Shown: positions 48,970 to 61,094 of the stretch, piece after piece
Layout: every line of letters starts with the position of its first letter
Numbering within the stretch: the stretch's first letter is position 1
NCBI GenBank assembly: GCA_017499595.2
Contig: CM038999.1
Coordinates: forward strand, 1,178,001-1,242,000
Direction: 5' to 3'
DNA from: Psilocybe cubensis
Taxonomy: Eukaryota
Length of the DNA stretch: 64,000 nucleotides
Position numbers and translations under genes: made by a program
Notes under the pieces: model-generated
Databases searched by the model: none
What the model was told of the DNA's origin: nothing
Seen by the model: only the letters and a program-made list of their open reading frames with translations

Positions 48970-49703
48970 CAACTGAAGACGGTTCACGAACACGTATAGA
49001 GTGGTATATTTGTTGTTTTTTGTTTGAGTTCTGTTCAAGAATCCATTGACAAGTACGCCGATCAGATTGATAATTGTTTGTTGACCACGGAGGTCATTGC
49101 CAAATATACATCCCACCAATCGGATTCGGAGCTCAATCAATCGTGTCCTGTTCCTACACCTTCAAGTCTCCATCCCTCAAGGCCCTCCGTTCACCCTGTC
49201 TTTTTCGATGTCAAGAATAGCTGTACTTGACTGCCACTTCATCAATGTTTACGATATCCTTCCGAACGTCATGTCCGAGTCTGCCCGCAGTGCCTCTTAG
49301 TTCGATGGCTGTGGTATACCAACGCAGTCTTGGAATGACCGATATAACCGTGGATATTCTCGGAGAACTTTTCTTCTCCTATTCACGCCCTCAAAATGTG
49401 TGCAGGAGTCCAAGATGTCATAAGAAACCCGTTTAAGCGCGCATCCGTCTAAGGCCAATCTTCCATGGTGCCTTTACCACTGGTTTGTTCTCATCAATCA
49501 CACTTAACCAATTGATAGCCTATTCCTACTCCGAGGTTCGAATTACATGGCCCTTAACATAAATAGCGCCTTTGGCATCGAGATTGGAAGGCGTTTCTTG
49601 CTTCCATGAAGTTTAGGACATGTCCGTACATTGCATTCGATATATAGATAAAGAGATGCAGTTGAGATTGGTGCTTGCAGACTCTGCTCAGCCCTTTGAC
49701 ATC

Positions 49704-51004
49704 ATGAGCAATTCTTTCGATAGTACCGCATTGGTCTTGAACCCGACCACTCCTTTGGCTTACTTGCCTCCCTCTGTGGCCTTCGAATACTGTGTCGCAA
49801 CTTATATTGTCGTCGGTACTTTGGCTGTGAGTCACCAAATTGGTTGATTGTCTGGTAGCTGACAAGAAATAGGTGCTGATATGGGATTTTCTCAATAATC
49901 TTTTTGCCGAATATTCCCTCCTTACATGTCACAAAGTAAAATTTCATTCCTACATTTATTACATATCAAGGTTTGCAGTACTGCTTTTTTGTGTTTGATG
50001 TCTCTAAATTTTATAGCAGATTCACGACATTAGCGGCGACGGCATCCACAGTCATTTTTCAGAGTGAGTAAATTTGTATTGATACGATAGCTTATCAATT
50101 GATATAACTTTCTAGCATCGCCCGTTGAAAATTGCGACCTATTGTCGATGTTCAGCATCTGGATGTTCTTCATCTCGGTTCCTTCTACGTCGCTTCTGTT
50201 CTTTTTCCGCGTACGGGCGCTCTATATCGACAGACGATATTTGCTCTGTGTTTTCTTTTTTCTATGGCTCTCGGTCCTTGGAGGGAGCCTAGCGACTTCT
50301 CTTTCCCAAGGAAAGGCAACAAAGATTGGACCTAGTGCGTACTGTCTAGGTGGAAGCATGAAATCATACTCTTCTGCTGTGGGAACCATGGTCATTATCA
50401 ATGATACAGTCGTGTTCCTCGCAATATCTCGATACCTGGCGAATATCGCGCATGAGCATGAATACTTGCTCAGCACCAAGTCTCTCAAGACTTATGTATT
50501 AGGCACGGATCTTCCTCATTTCTCCAGGACCTTTTTGCAGGATGGGCAATTGTACTATCTGTAAGTGTTAGTGTTTTTGGTACATAATATGCCATGTACT
50601 AAATGGTGTTGTGATTATGCAGCACCACCATCTTTTTCTCCTTTGCCACCACCGTGGTTCTTAACATCAATTCTATACCGCTAGCGTATCGTGCAGTAGC
50701 AGGAGTTCCTAACGCAGTATTGATGAACATCATGGCCTGCCGCGTTTACCGAAACACGAGGCTCGGCTTCTACAAAGAGGACACCACCCAAGTCCTCAAC
50801 ACCATAAGCACAGAAACAACCCCACCTGTTTTTGTGGAATCGCCTTTTATCGAAAAATCCTCACCTGTTTCTCTTTCGGGACGGGACATTCTACACGATG
50901 AGATGGACATTACACAATTTTTTAAAGAGGACGAGCATAGAAAGATCGGAGAAGGTGAATCTGCAGATTTTTTTCACACTCGTTTGAGATGTAATATAAA
51001 GTAG
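49704..51004 (+). CDS. Multi-pass membrane protein (agaricomycete DUF6533-like / GPCR-like family)
   Basis: LNPTTPLAYLPP..VGTLA|VLIWD..YYISR, STSLLFFFRVRALY, NDTVVFLAIS, LQDGQLYYL, LMNIMACRVYRN; about 7 hydrophobic segments. Confidence 0.7.
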
Positions 51005-51559
51005 TTAATGAATAATCTAGCAACTGGTAAATTCCTTGATTCCACTAAAAATTTAATCTGCATCAAGCGCTAATGGTCCTATGATGAGTATTCCTGAATG
51101 GCGGGATCTGATCCAATCTCATTTACCAGTGGCAGGTATGTCAATGGTACTATGCTTGAGTGGAATATCGTACCGGTGACTGACTGTGTACGTACAGTGC
51201 ATGCACAGTCTTGCCTTCGTCAGCGAAACTTCAAGGTAACGTTTGCACTGGCTATCCCTTGATCCAACGAAGGGACCAAACGCGCGATTGGGCGTGCGAG
51301 CAGATGATAGATCCGGGTACAGTGACCTTATTTAAAGCCGTGTCCGGATCGGCGGGAACAGTGTCTTAGCCCATTGGTCACAGGGGCTGCCTATTTTGTC
51401 AAGCATATATAGCCTGTCCTCGGACTCTCATCAATGTTTGACAAGAGTGTATAACAACACGGTCAGGAGCTCTGGTGACTTCATGAGATTATTCCTTGGG
51501 CCAGGTTTAAATATACCATGTAAGCAAAATCAACCTCCTCTTTCACAAGCTTCCTTTCC

Positions 51560-53025
51560 ATGCCAATTCATCCTGCCTTCAAGTTCGCCCTCCTACTCCC
51601 CATCCTAGGCGTGATTTGGGAGTATATCCTCCACCCTTACCTCAATATTGCGGTACATGAACGAAAGATACACCCCGTGAACAACGAATACTGCAAGAAA
51701 GTGCCCCAGCTCGCGGCTTGTGAGAGTAAATGACAATCAAATCTCCCATCCCTATAACTCGCTGATACATCACTAGAAATTATCTTGCACCAGCAGAGCG
51801 GACTACTCTATCTTGCATGTTCTAATCCTCTTAGCAGGGTGCAGTGGACGCCTGCAGTTGGTCGTCTCAATGCAGCCGGCGCGTCGCGTGATGATTTCGT
51901 CGCCATTTATGACCCAAAAAGATCGACTGTCACTCGACTCAAGATTCAAGGCTTCGAAAGCGCACGAGGGCTCTCACTACATGGTATGGACGTAGTAGAA
52001 TCAACCTCCAAACCATCCGAATTATTTGTGTATCTTGTGAATCATCGGGCACCATTAGGCGGTCTTCTAGCCAAAGACGTCGGGGCCGATTCGGTCATCG
52101 AAATCTTCAAAACCACCTTGGGAGGAGACACATTAACCCATATCAAAACAGTGCAAGACCCTATTATCTGCACTCCAAATGACATCGTCGGTTCCCCAGA
52201 TGGCAAAAGCTTCTACTTCACCAATGACTTTGGCTCAAAAGTTGGGATTATTCGCCATCTGGACATGCTAGGGCGCAAATCGACCTCTGTGGGATACTGT
52301 CACATCGAAAACGGATGTCATTACGCGATCCAAAACATGCATGGCAATAACGGGATTGCACGCGCCCCAAACGGCACTTTTTACGTGGCTAACTGCAAGA
52401 AGGGTGGCCTGACTATCCTTGAGGAGAACACCTCAGATAACACGCTTTCCATCGTCGACTTTGTTCCTGCTGGTGAGCCTATTTGCTCGGTGATTGAACT
52501 CCAACTGAATGTATCTTTTAGATTTCGCTATGGACAACCTCGCTGTCGACTCCAAGGGCTTCGTATGGGCCGCAGGTCCGATTCTTCATCGCCATAGCAT
52601 ACAATTGCATACACTAACAGGTTCATCTAGCGTTTCCGGACGTCGTTAAATTGGTCAAAAAGCATTTCTCAGATCCGACGTTCCCTGCCCCATCTGCCGC
52701 CCTTCGCTTCTCCGTACATCCAGATCACAACGCGAACACGACGCAATCTATTTCAAGATATCAGGTCGAGACGGTCAGTAGCCTATCTTATTCGCAGTAT
52801 ATCTTGAGTATATCTAATATCCCATTCAAACGCCCAGGTTTTTGAAGACGACGGGAACGTGGCGTCGGGCATCACATCTGCAGCATATGACGCTGACCGA
52901 AATCTATTGTTCCTGGCTGGTATGTTTCCCTCTACTACCATTTCATTTTTAATTCAATGTTTGTTGCTTATATCTTGTTATATATAGGTCTCGCATCCCC
53001 GAACCTGGTAATCTGCAAGCTATAA
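51560..53025 (+). CDS. Paraoxonase/arylesterase (Ca-dependent phosphotriesterase/lactonase beta-propeller), paralog A
   Basis: N-terminal anchor; ACE, LHGMD, VNHR, PND, FTND, NGI, MDNL motifs corresponding to PON1 catalytic and Ca-binding residues. Confidence 0.9.
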
Positions 53026-53773
53026 TTTTTGCCCGTCCAAAATTACCTTTTGAACGTTTATGGTAGAGGCACAAAGCATTCTATTAAATTTATTCCAGCA
53101 TGTCTTTATGCAGAATTGTGCTGCACACATTCTAGCTGCCATTATACTACTACGGCTGCGCCATATAATCATCTTTGATTTAACAGTAACAGAGTGTCGA
53201 ACAAACACAGTGGTCAGTATGTAGCGGGTCCAGATCGGTAAATGTTGAGCGAAAGGGCTCCACATCGGAGATATGCGAGCTGGCTGAATGCAAGAGAGAG
53301 ACTGACACTGAGATTGGCAATACTGCAGTCTCATTAATTGGTCTGTTTCTACAACGAATGGTTCAGTAAGAGGCCTATTTTTAGAAACATTATCCACGGG
53401 TCATTCTCAGGTCCCGTTCCTTCATTTCTTGAACGCAGATTTGTGTAACGAGATTTCTACAAACGTATTATTAACAAATTTAATCAGTTCCATTGCGAGT
53501 GGTCAACGAGGTAGTGGGAGTGGCGCATCGCGCTTGAATCGTGCTCGGTACTTTCGGCACGTGCTAGGATTATCATGCATCATACTAGGAAAGAAAGCGT
53601 TCATACTGCCGCACAATGATGATGGTACCGCTGCTTCTTGTGTTTAACTGGCAACGTTCATTTTTAAACTTCATCTCGGTCAGCTCGCAGCGGTGATCCT
53701 TCTTCACAGTAAAGGTCCTTGAATCTTAGGTTACTACTCTGGACACTCCAGTGCCCTCCAGGCAAAAGTAGAA

Positions 53774-55363
53774 ATGGGGAAGCTAACGACCGCTGTTCTA
53801 AACCTTTCCGTGTTGTTTCTGGCTGTCTTCATTGGATTCTATCAGTTATATCTCAAGCCTCTATTTATCACATACGGCGTATTCCCTTTCGAAAGAGAGA
53901 TCAAACCTTTAGGAAACCAAAACTGCAAGGCCGTACCGGAGCTGCAAGCATGCGAAAGTACGTGGGCGTTTCGTAGTTGGTTATGGCTAGCATACTTCCC
54001 ATTTCATTATTTTGAGGAATATCGGCTGACTCGGTGTCGGGTTATACAGAACTTGTACTACACCAAGATACAGGTGTCATATACCTAGCTTGCTCCACAC
54101 AGTCTAGCAGGGCGCACTGGATACCAGCTATGAATCAACTTAACGCGACGGGGGCGTCGCATGAGGACTATGTCGCCACCTACGACCCATCAACATCTCA
54201 GATTATACGTCTGCGCCCATCAGCCGACTTCAACCACGGACGAGGGCTGTCACTCCATGGAATGGATGTAGTGACTTCCTCATCAGACCCTGACGTCTTG
54301 TACGTCTATCTCGTGAACCACCGCGCCCCTCTTGCAGATGGAAACACTCCAGTGAACGCAGAGCAAACGGGCGCTGATTCAGTCATCGAAATTTTTAAAA
54401 CGACAATTGGAGGCAAAACGCTTGAACACGTCAAGACTATAGAACACCCTGTCATTATCACGCCTAATGACGTCGTTGGGTCCTCGGACGGCAATAGCTT
54501 TTATTTCACGAATGACCACGGTGTCCGAGTCGGTTATGTGAGTATCTCAGAGAGCATTTGTTCCTTGAGATAACATTTGGCTAATAAACGCTATTACATT
54601 ACTTTGACAGTCTCGATACCTCGAATACGTGGGCCACAGAAATGCATCTGTAGGCTACTGCCATCTCGATCAGGGTTGCAAGTTTGCTCGTACAAGGACA
54701 CACTCTAGCAATGGGATTGCTAGGGCCAACAACGGGACGTTATACATCGCAGATTCAACTTTTGGTGACATCACGGTACTAGAGGCACAGGTGGACAACA
54801 CGTTGGTAGTCGTGGACTCCATCCCAACAGGTACTTATACTTCTTTAAGCACTGTTCAGTTTGATTGACTCGGGGTTATTCCAGAATTGGTCGTTGACAA
54901 TCTGGCACTTGACGCTGACGGTCTGCTTTGGGGAGCAGGTATGGAATGTAGCTGAATTTTGAACGACGATGTCGATGCTTATCCGATACAAACGCAGCCA
55001 TACCCAGAGGACTTAAGGCAGTGAGACATATGGCTAACCCATCCCTCATTTCTCCATCGTCGGTGTACAGAATTTCGATTAACACAGGGGTGAACGCGTT
55101 CTATGGCGAGAAGTACAGAGTCGAGAAGGTTCGTGATCTGTACTTCCTCACAATCAGTGAGATTTCTTAATTTATGAGCCAATACTGCAGGTTTTCGAAG
55201 ACGACGGTAACCTCGTTTCTGGAATAACAACGGCAGTACATGACTCCCAACGAAAGAAATTATTCCTTCACGGTAAGGAAGCATCTGACCAAATATGTTA
55301 ATGTTCTCTAAACACTTTTTCATAGGCATAGCATCTCCACAATTAGTTGTTTGTGATACATAA
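53774..55363 (+). CDS. Paraoxonase/arylesterase, paralog B
   Basis: Same motif set (ACE, LHGMD, VNHR, PND, FTNDH, NGI, VDNL); collinear with paralog A. Confidence 0.9.
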
Positions 55364-55943
55364 AAACTCGGGAATGATTGGCACCTCATGGCATCGCAAT
55401 GGACCGGGCAATTATACGTCAATATGTAATATTCGGAGAGGAATAGGGCTTCCGCTGTTTCGATTGTTATTCTAGTCGTGCATACTTGCAAAATGTGATA
55501 TCACCTCATTGCCAAACTGATTCAGGAATTTATGGGGTCATCGATTTCGATGAACGACAATAACTGGCTTTAAACAACCATGTTGTGTGTTATGAGGATA
55601 TAGATTGAAAATGGGCGACAAGTGATATACAAATAGACTGGTCAGCGAAATGGATTCACGAATGGAAGATCTGAGGCAAATCGAATGAAACTTGCTGGTG
55701 AGGGACGGAAAAAAACTTTGCCAGAAAAGGTGACAACTAATGCATTCTATGTATCCACATGCAACCAAACGCGATTTGTGCCAGGAGAACACCTGCTATC
55801 CCTCGTGCCAGACAGTAGGTTCTGATAGATGAGAAAAAAAAATGCCACATGAATTATCATTCTCTTTTTCGACACATAGTTCGCATAAAAAGCCCAGCCA
55901 GATAGTGGGTAGGCGGCTAAATGACGATGTAAGAACCGTAAAT

Positions 55944-56931
55944 CTACTCCCATCCTCCGGTGCCGGTGGCAGGGGCCTCAGCACCCCATCCTCCGGCAGC
56001 GGGCTCAGTAGACCAGTCAGTATTACCGGGTTGAGGGTCAGCGGACCAGTCAAGAGCACCTGGGAAACAATCACATCAATACAGTTTCTGAGGACAAAAA
56101 TCCTCAGCGACTCACCACCCTCGCCAACGAGAGCAGGATTAACAGCACCGGGAGCGCCGCTGGAAACATCCCATTCGGGGGCAGCAGCCTCAACATCACC
56201 CTGCTGGAGGGCAAGCTTGGCCTGAGCCTCCTCTTGCTGCTGCTTCTCAACCTCTTCAGGATCACGGTAGAAGAACATGTCAACCATAACGTCCCAGCTT
56301 GTAGAGCGGGAGATAGTGCCGCGGAGACGGAGAACTTCACGGGCAAGGAGCCACCAGATGAGACCGATGGAATGTCTGGTCTTGTTGTTTGTGGGGATGG
56401 CAACATCGACAAACTTGAGGGGGGCATCGGTATCGCAGAGAGCGATAACAGGGATGTTCACATAAGAGGCCTCACGGATAGCCTGATGGTCGACACGGGG
56501 ATCGGTGACAATGATGAGACGGGGCTCCTTGAACGAACGGGTGATGTAGTTGGTGAAGGAACCAGGTGTGAAGCGTCCAGCAATGGCCTGAGCACCAGTG
56601 TTGGCGGCGAATTTGAGAACGGCACGGTGTCCGTAAGGGCGGGCAGAGATAACGCAAACATCGTTGGGGTTCTCAACAGCAGCGATAACACGAGCAGCAA
56701 GGACGAGCTTTTCCCAAGTCTTTCCAATGTTCAAGATGTGGATGCCTGGCCCAAATGTAAGAGAAAACGGAGGATCGTCGAATTATTGGACATACCGTCA
56801 GCACGTCGCTTCCACACGTACGGTTCCATCTGCTTGTCGCAGTTTTTGGTGCCAATATGGCATTGGGCAGCGAGGAGGAGCTGGATCTCTTCCTCTGTCG
56901 CGCTCAGAACGGATGGTAATTTCGATGCCAT
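55944..56931 (-). CDS. RPS0: 40S ribosomal protein S0 (uS2)
   Basis: [55 protein letters not shown]; acidic DW-repeat tail; two CDS introns; stop TAG at 55944-55946. Confidence 0.97.
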
Positions 56932-56946
56932 GTTGTAGGGGAGAAC

Positions 56947-57068
56947 CTAAGAGACAGAAATTGAGTATTTGACAACATCCGAAATGGTCATGCCGCATCC
57001 ATCCCTGTACGAGCTCTATTTCTCTCGTTCTTTCTCATGGGGATGTATGAGGCACTCCTTGGACGTAC
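56947..57068 (-). other. Probable 5'-UTR intron of RPS0 (122 nt)
   Basis: GTACGT donor at 57068; pyrimidine tract plus TAG ending at 56947, 15 nt before the ATG. Confidence 0.65.
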
Positions 57069-58938
57069 CGTGAAGCTTTGGGAGGCTTGAGGACGGCTTG
57101 AGCGACGTTCACGGTCGATTTTGGGTGATCTGGCGGTTGCGGGGGTCGTCGACAAAGTTTGCCGGATGAGTGAGCCCTGTGTTTCCCACGCCTACATTAA
57201 CTTCAAAATAATTTGATTTCTTTTCTGAATTAACTCATTCTACTTCCTATTTACTTCCCATTAATCTATAAAAAATACGACCCACCAGGACAGACCATGT
57301 AATTCAGATATACCTTATTTCAGGTGCGCTTTCATAAAGAAAGGGACTTGAAGGTCTGGTGTAAGGCCTTTGATTCTGCGCTGATGTCAATTAAATTAGC
57401 GCCTTGCCAAGTCGTTAATTCATAAACATATATTTTACTTTACGACCGTCGCATGCAGTGGATAGTAAAGTGAACTATGGCTAAAACGTTTCTAAATCTA
57501 CGTGGTAGTGAGTCTGGCTTACGGGATATCCATTTTACAGATCTTTATGCTACTATGCATAATTGATGATGGCAAATAGTCCTCGGCAAGTTGTTCTTAT
57601 CAACGTTTTGTCTTTGCTACAGCCATTACACTTTGTCGTCAATAGGATTGTGGTATTGTGGTAGGGAAGGTCGTGGATCGTACTAATCCCGTCCCAGTAG
57701 AGAGTTTTTGTATGTTCAATGTCAGCCGGGGCCCGGCAGTCTCGTTTAATTATCATAATTAAACATCAAGTTCGATAGTCTATTCCTGAAGTAATAAACT
57801 GTTCTGTTTGCTTAGAATAGTTTTCCGAGTTCTTCAATCGACATTGAAGAAAGTGAGCAGCACATCTGAGCCACTGGTAATGAGAAATTTATCCAGTACG
57901 GTGTTGCTTTACTACGAGTGTAAACCCCTCTATACAAGTACGAGTGGTCGGGAGATGAACTAACTTCCAGAAAATGTTTGCGAATCAGAATGTCGTGTGC
58001 GCAAACAATAGAGGCGTTGGATAGACAGTTTTGAATTTTGGATTCATGAAGATCGCCGCCATACAAAGATTACCCTAGACGAGGAACTAAAGAACAGACA
58101 CAAAGAAATGCCTCAAGAGTGATTCTGAAGTTCATTACTTTGGTTATCGCCATGCGTATGCTGGGAGACGCTGGTAGAGGGGCCTAGACTCCTAAAATCC
58201 TTGGTCAGAAACGATAGGAAAGGGACATAACCCCCCCCTTCGCAAACATGTAATCGTACACTGGCATTCACGTCCGTATACATAGCTTTATTCGAGATCA
58301 TGGTGGGACAGAAAGTACAAATCTGCGGTGAGCGTAGTATTCCAGGTTCATTTAGGTGCTTGAGTCTGGAACCAGAATTCATTGTGGTTATGGAATTGCC
58401 ATGAGTGACCGTTGAGACAGAGAGACTGGGTAGATATGAAACAAGAAGAGTCCAAGTCATTGAAGATATACGCGACCAGGAGCTTTTGTTTTTGGGACGA
58501 GGAGATTAGCTCGGCGGACGACGATATGTTGCCTCAGAGCGCATTGGGGCATGCTGGCATCAACGCGGGAAAGAAATGCATCGCATCAAAGCTATCTGGG
58601 TTACAGAAAACAGTTAGACGCGTGTCTAGCACTCTGAACAGCAAGACACTTACCCATATCACAGCCCTCTATTGTCAGATGCAAAGATCGACGCGTAGCT
58701 TTGAGATGCAACTAATACAAAGTCAGTATGTAAAAAAAAAAAAATAGAAAAAAAAAGTATCTTGAATTGAACATGTTGTAGTCCGTCGCGGTAACAAATT
58801 CTCCTTGGATTTTCCGAAATCCGTCATAGTCGTAGACAAGAAACGCCTAACCTTCAAGTTGAAGCTTGAAGCTTTTGGCCTGAGCTTCAAGCGAAGTTGA
58901 ACTGTGAGTCGCGTGTCGCACTGCTATGCTTGTCGCTC

Positions 58939-58957
58939 TGACTCATCACGTGAGTCA
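58939..58957. promoter_or_regulatory. Paired Gcn4/AP-1-type sites overlapping an E-box: TGACTCA-TCACG-TGAGTCA
   Basis: Two perfect TGA(C/G)TCA heptamers and TCACGTG, ~130 nt upstream of the ATG at 59085. Confidence 0.5.
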
Positions 58958-59084
58958 TTGATCGACGTTTCCGGCTCCGTCGCCTGAAAGTGAGGCCCTC
59001 TGCTACTTGGACAGAGGAGCGATCCGTGAAATACTGTGATCTCTTGGGTCTCTGTAGCCCACATACTATCCAGGCAGCGCAATC

Positions 59085-60545
59085 ATGGATACATCCTCTG
59101 ATGTTCCGGTTCTTTCTTTCCCTGCCATTCTGCGAAACCCTGGGTTAAGTAACCGTTTCGCTCACCTTCATGGGCCATCTGTAACAGGTAACAATGCCAA
59201 GCAGCAAGCTAATTCAAGAGTTTCGGTGAAAAAAACTAGGAGGGAGAACGAAGGGAAGCGCTGGGTTCGGCGCAAAGATAATTGTCAGTTTGTTCACTTG
59301 ACAGTACCATGTTATCTTATCTCTACAATTCCTCTCAGCACGATTCGTTGGAAACCCACATGTCGTGGCTGCCTCGAAACGAGACTATAATGTGCAGCTT
59401 CCACAGGTTCAGTCGACATTCCCAGAACCTCTCCCTGCTTATCTTCCACGAATTGTAAAGCTACCCACTACTCCGACGTTGCCTACCACCGACCCAGGTT
59501 CTGCCAATGCGGGCCGTTTCTCTCTTAGTTTGAAAGGCATGCGGAGGGATTTACGCAGAGCTGGAGGGAAAGCAGAAGCTCTTGTAAAAGATGTTGAATC
59601 TGAAATGGTTCAATGGTTGACTCTCGGAGGGGTTGTACTTTCTCCTGATCACCCCACCTCTGCAGTAGGGGTTGGTGAAGCCCAGTCTGTTGGCACTCCC
59701 GTCGGAGTGACAGGCGCAATAACGGAAGTCTCTAGGACACCGCTGCAACTTGTCTGGCGCATCACGGATGATGCTTTTGCTCGATACGTTGTACACTGTT
59801 GCGCCAGGTACCATGAAGTTGTCTCTTACAGTGAGCGATTCAATTGTTACCCAATTACCAGAACTAAATTTTGCTAGGCAAAGGTACTGGCGACAACCGC
59901 ATGACCTATCTTTTGCGCCCGAACGTTACACGGCCGGATCGCAGGGCACCTGCATCTCTAGAAACGCCTCCAGTAACTGATATTGACTATTCGTCAAATC
60001 CTGACACAGACATCGACTCCGACTTCATCTCAGACCGGGACGTGGAGTCCGATATGGAGTTGGATAGTCGTCCCCGTGCACACCACCTCACAGCCATAGA
60101 TGAGTCACCTGCGTCTGTAACTGCACAGTTACCTTCATTAGACGAGGAAGATTCATGGTCACAAGTCGACGAAGACGGGGAGTCCGATTTCGATGGGTTC
60201 GACTCGACCTCAGAATTTGGGAGTGCTAGCATTGAGTTCCTCCACCCGAGACTGGAAGCTCTCTCAATAAATGATTGCACCAGAAATCAGGATCTTACGC
60301 ATGAACTTCCCGAGCAGTCAATCGACGCCGATAAAACAGTGACAGAGATTGATCCACAAGTATCACAAGCCATCGATCCTTCACGTTATACTCGCGATAG
60401 GCTACCGTCTGGTCGTTCCCCTTCATCCCCTTCTCGCTCTCCAGCACGGTCGCGTATCCCCAGGCGGAGAGCCAGAGGAAAGAAACGCATCATGACCGTT
60501 GGTATTGGAAGTGGGAGGACTTTCTATGAATATTTGTTTATGTGA
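59085..60545 (+). CDS. R3H-domain protein with R3H-associated N-terminal region
   Basis: EGKRWVRRKDN|SRFVGNPH resembles R3H-assoc; DAFARYVVHCCARYHEVVSYS has the RxxxH of R3H; acidic/Ser-rich tail; two introns. Confidence 0.7.
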
Positions 60546-61094
60546 TGCATATTGCTCTACTACAGCCTAAACGTTATTCCGTTTCTTTTGTAAAGCTATT
60601 CTTCGATACTAGTAGATAAACCCAGTGTAGTAGTTTTCTCAGTTTTTTTTTCTTGAATACACGCTATATCAAGTACTCAGTCACTTGATTGCCTTTCAAT
60701 TTCAGTACATAAATAGACCAGGTGTATGACTGATAACAACGTATGCAATGGGTGCCTGCGAGGAGAACCAGCATGATTGATAAAATACCAAAAAAACTTG
60801 ACTATGCATCACAATCTGAAATCTTTTTCAGTGTTTGAAGTTCGAATGTTCCGATGGTGACCTGTGCAAGATTTCATGTTTTCTTATCAGCATAAAGTTA
60901 TCTTATCTGCTATGGGTCTTATAAAAAGAGAAATAATCTATTATTACTATCATATCGGTAACACATGCTTTGCGGAAACTGCGCGGGTTGTCCGAGTACT
61001 TATTCGCTTCCTTATCTTGACGCTGGCCGTCGAGTCATTTCTCTGCGAGGAACCACTTCAAATCAACTAACGAACTAACGAATCACTTAGCGAA

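Noticed and set aside
55490-55690. Possible box C/D snoRNA downstream of RPS0
   Set aside because: CTGA motifs are present, but there is no clean RTGATGA box C, terminal stem or recognisable rRNA guide.
55796-56734. 312-aa ORF suggesting a C-terminally extended Rps0
   Set aside because: Read-through of the last intron; splicing gives the normal DW-repeat tail and stop at 55944.
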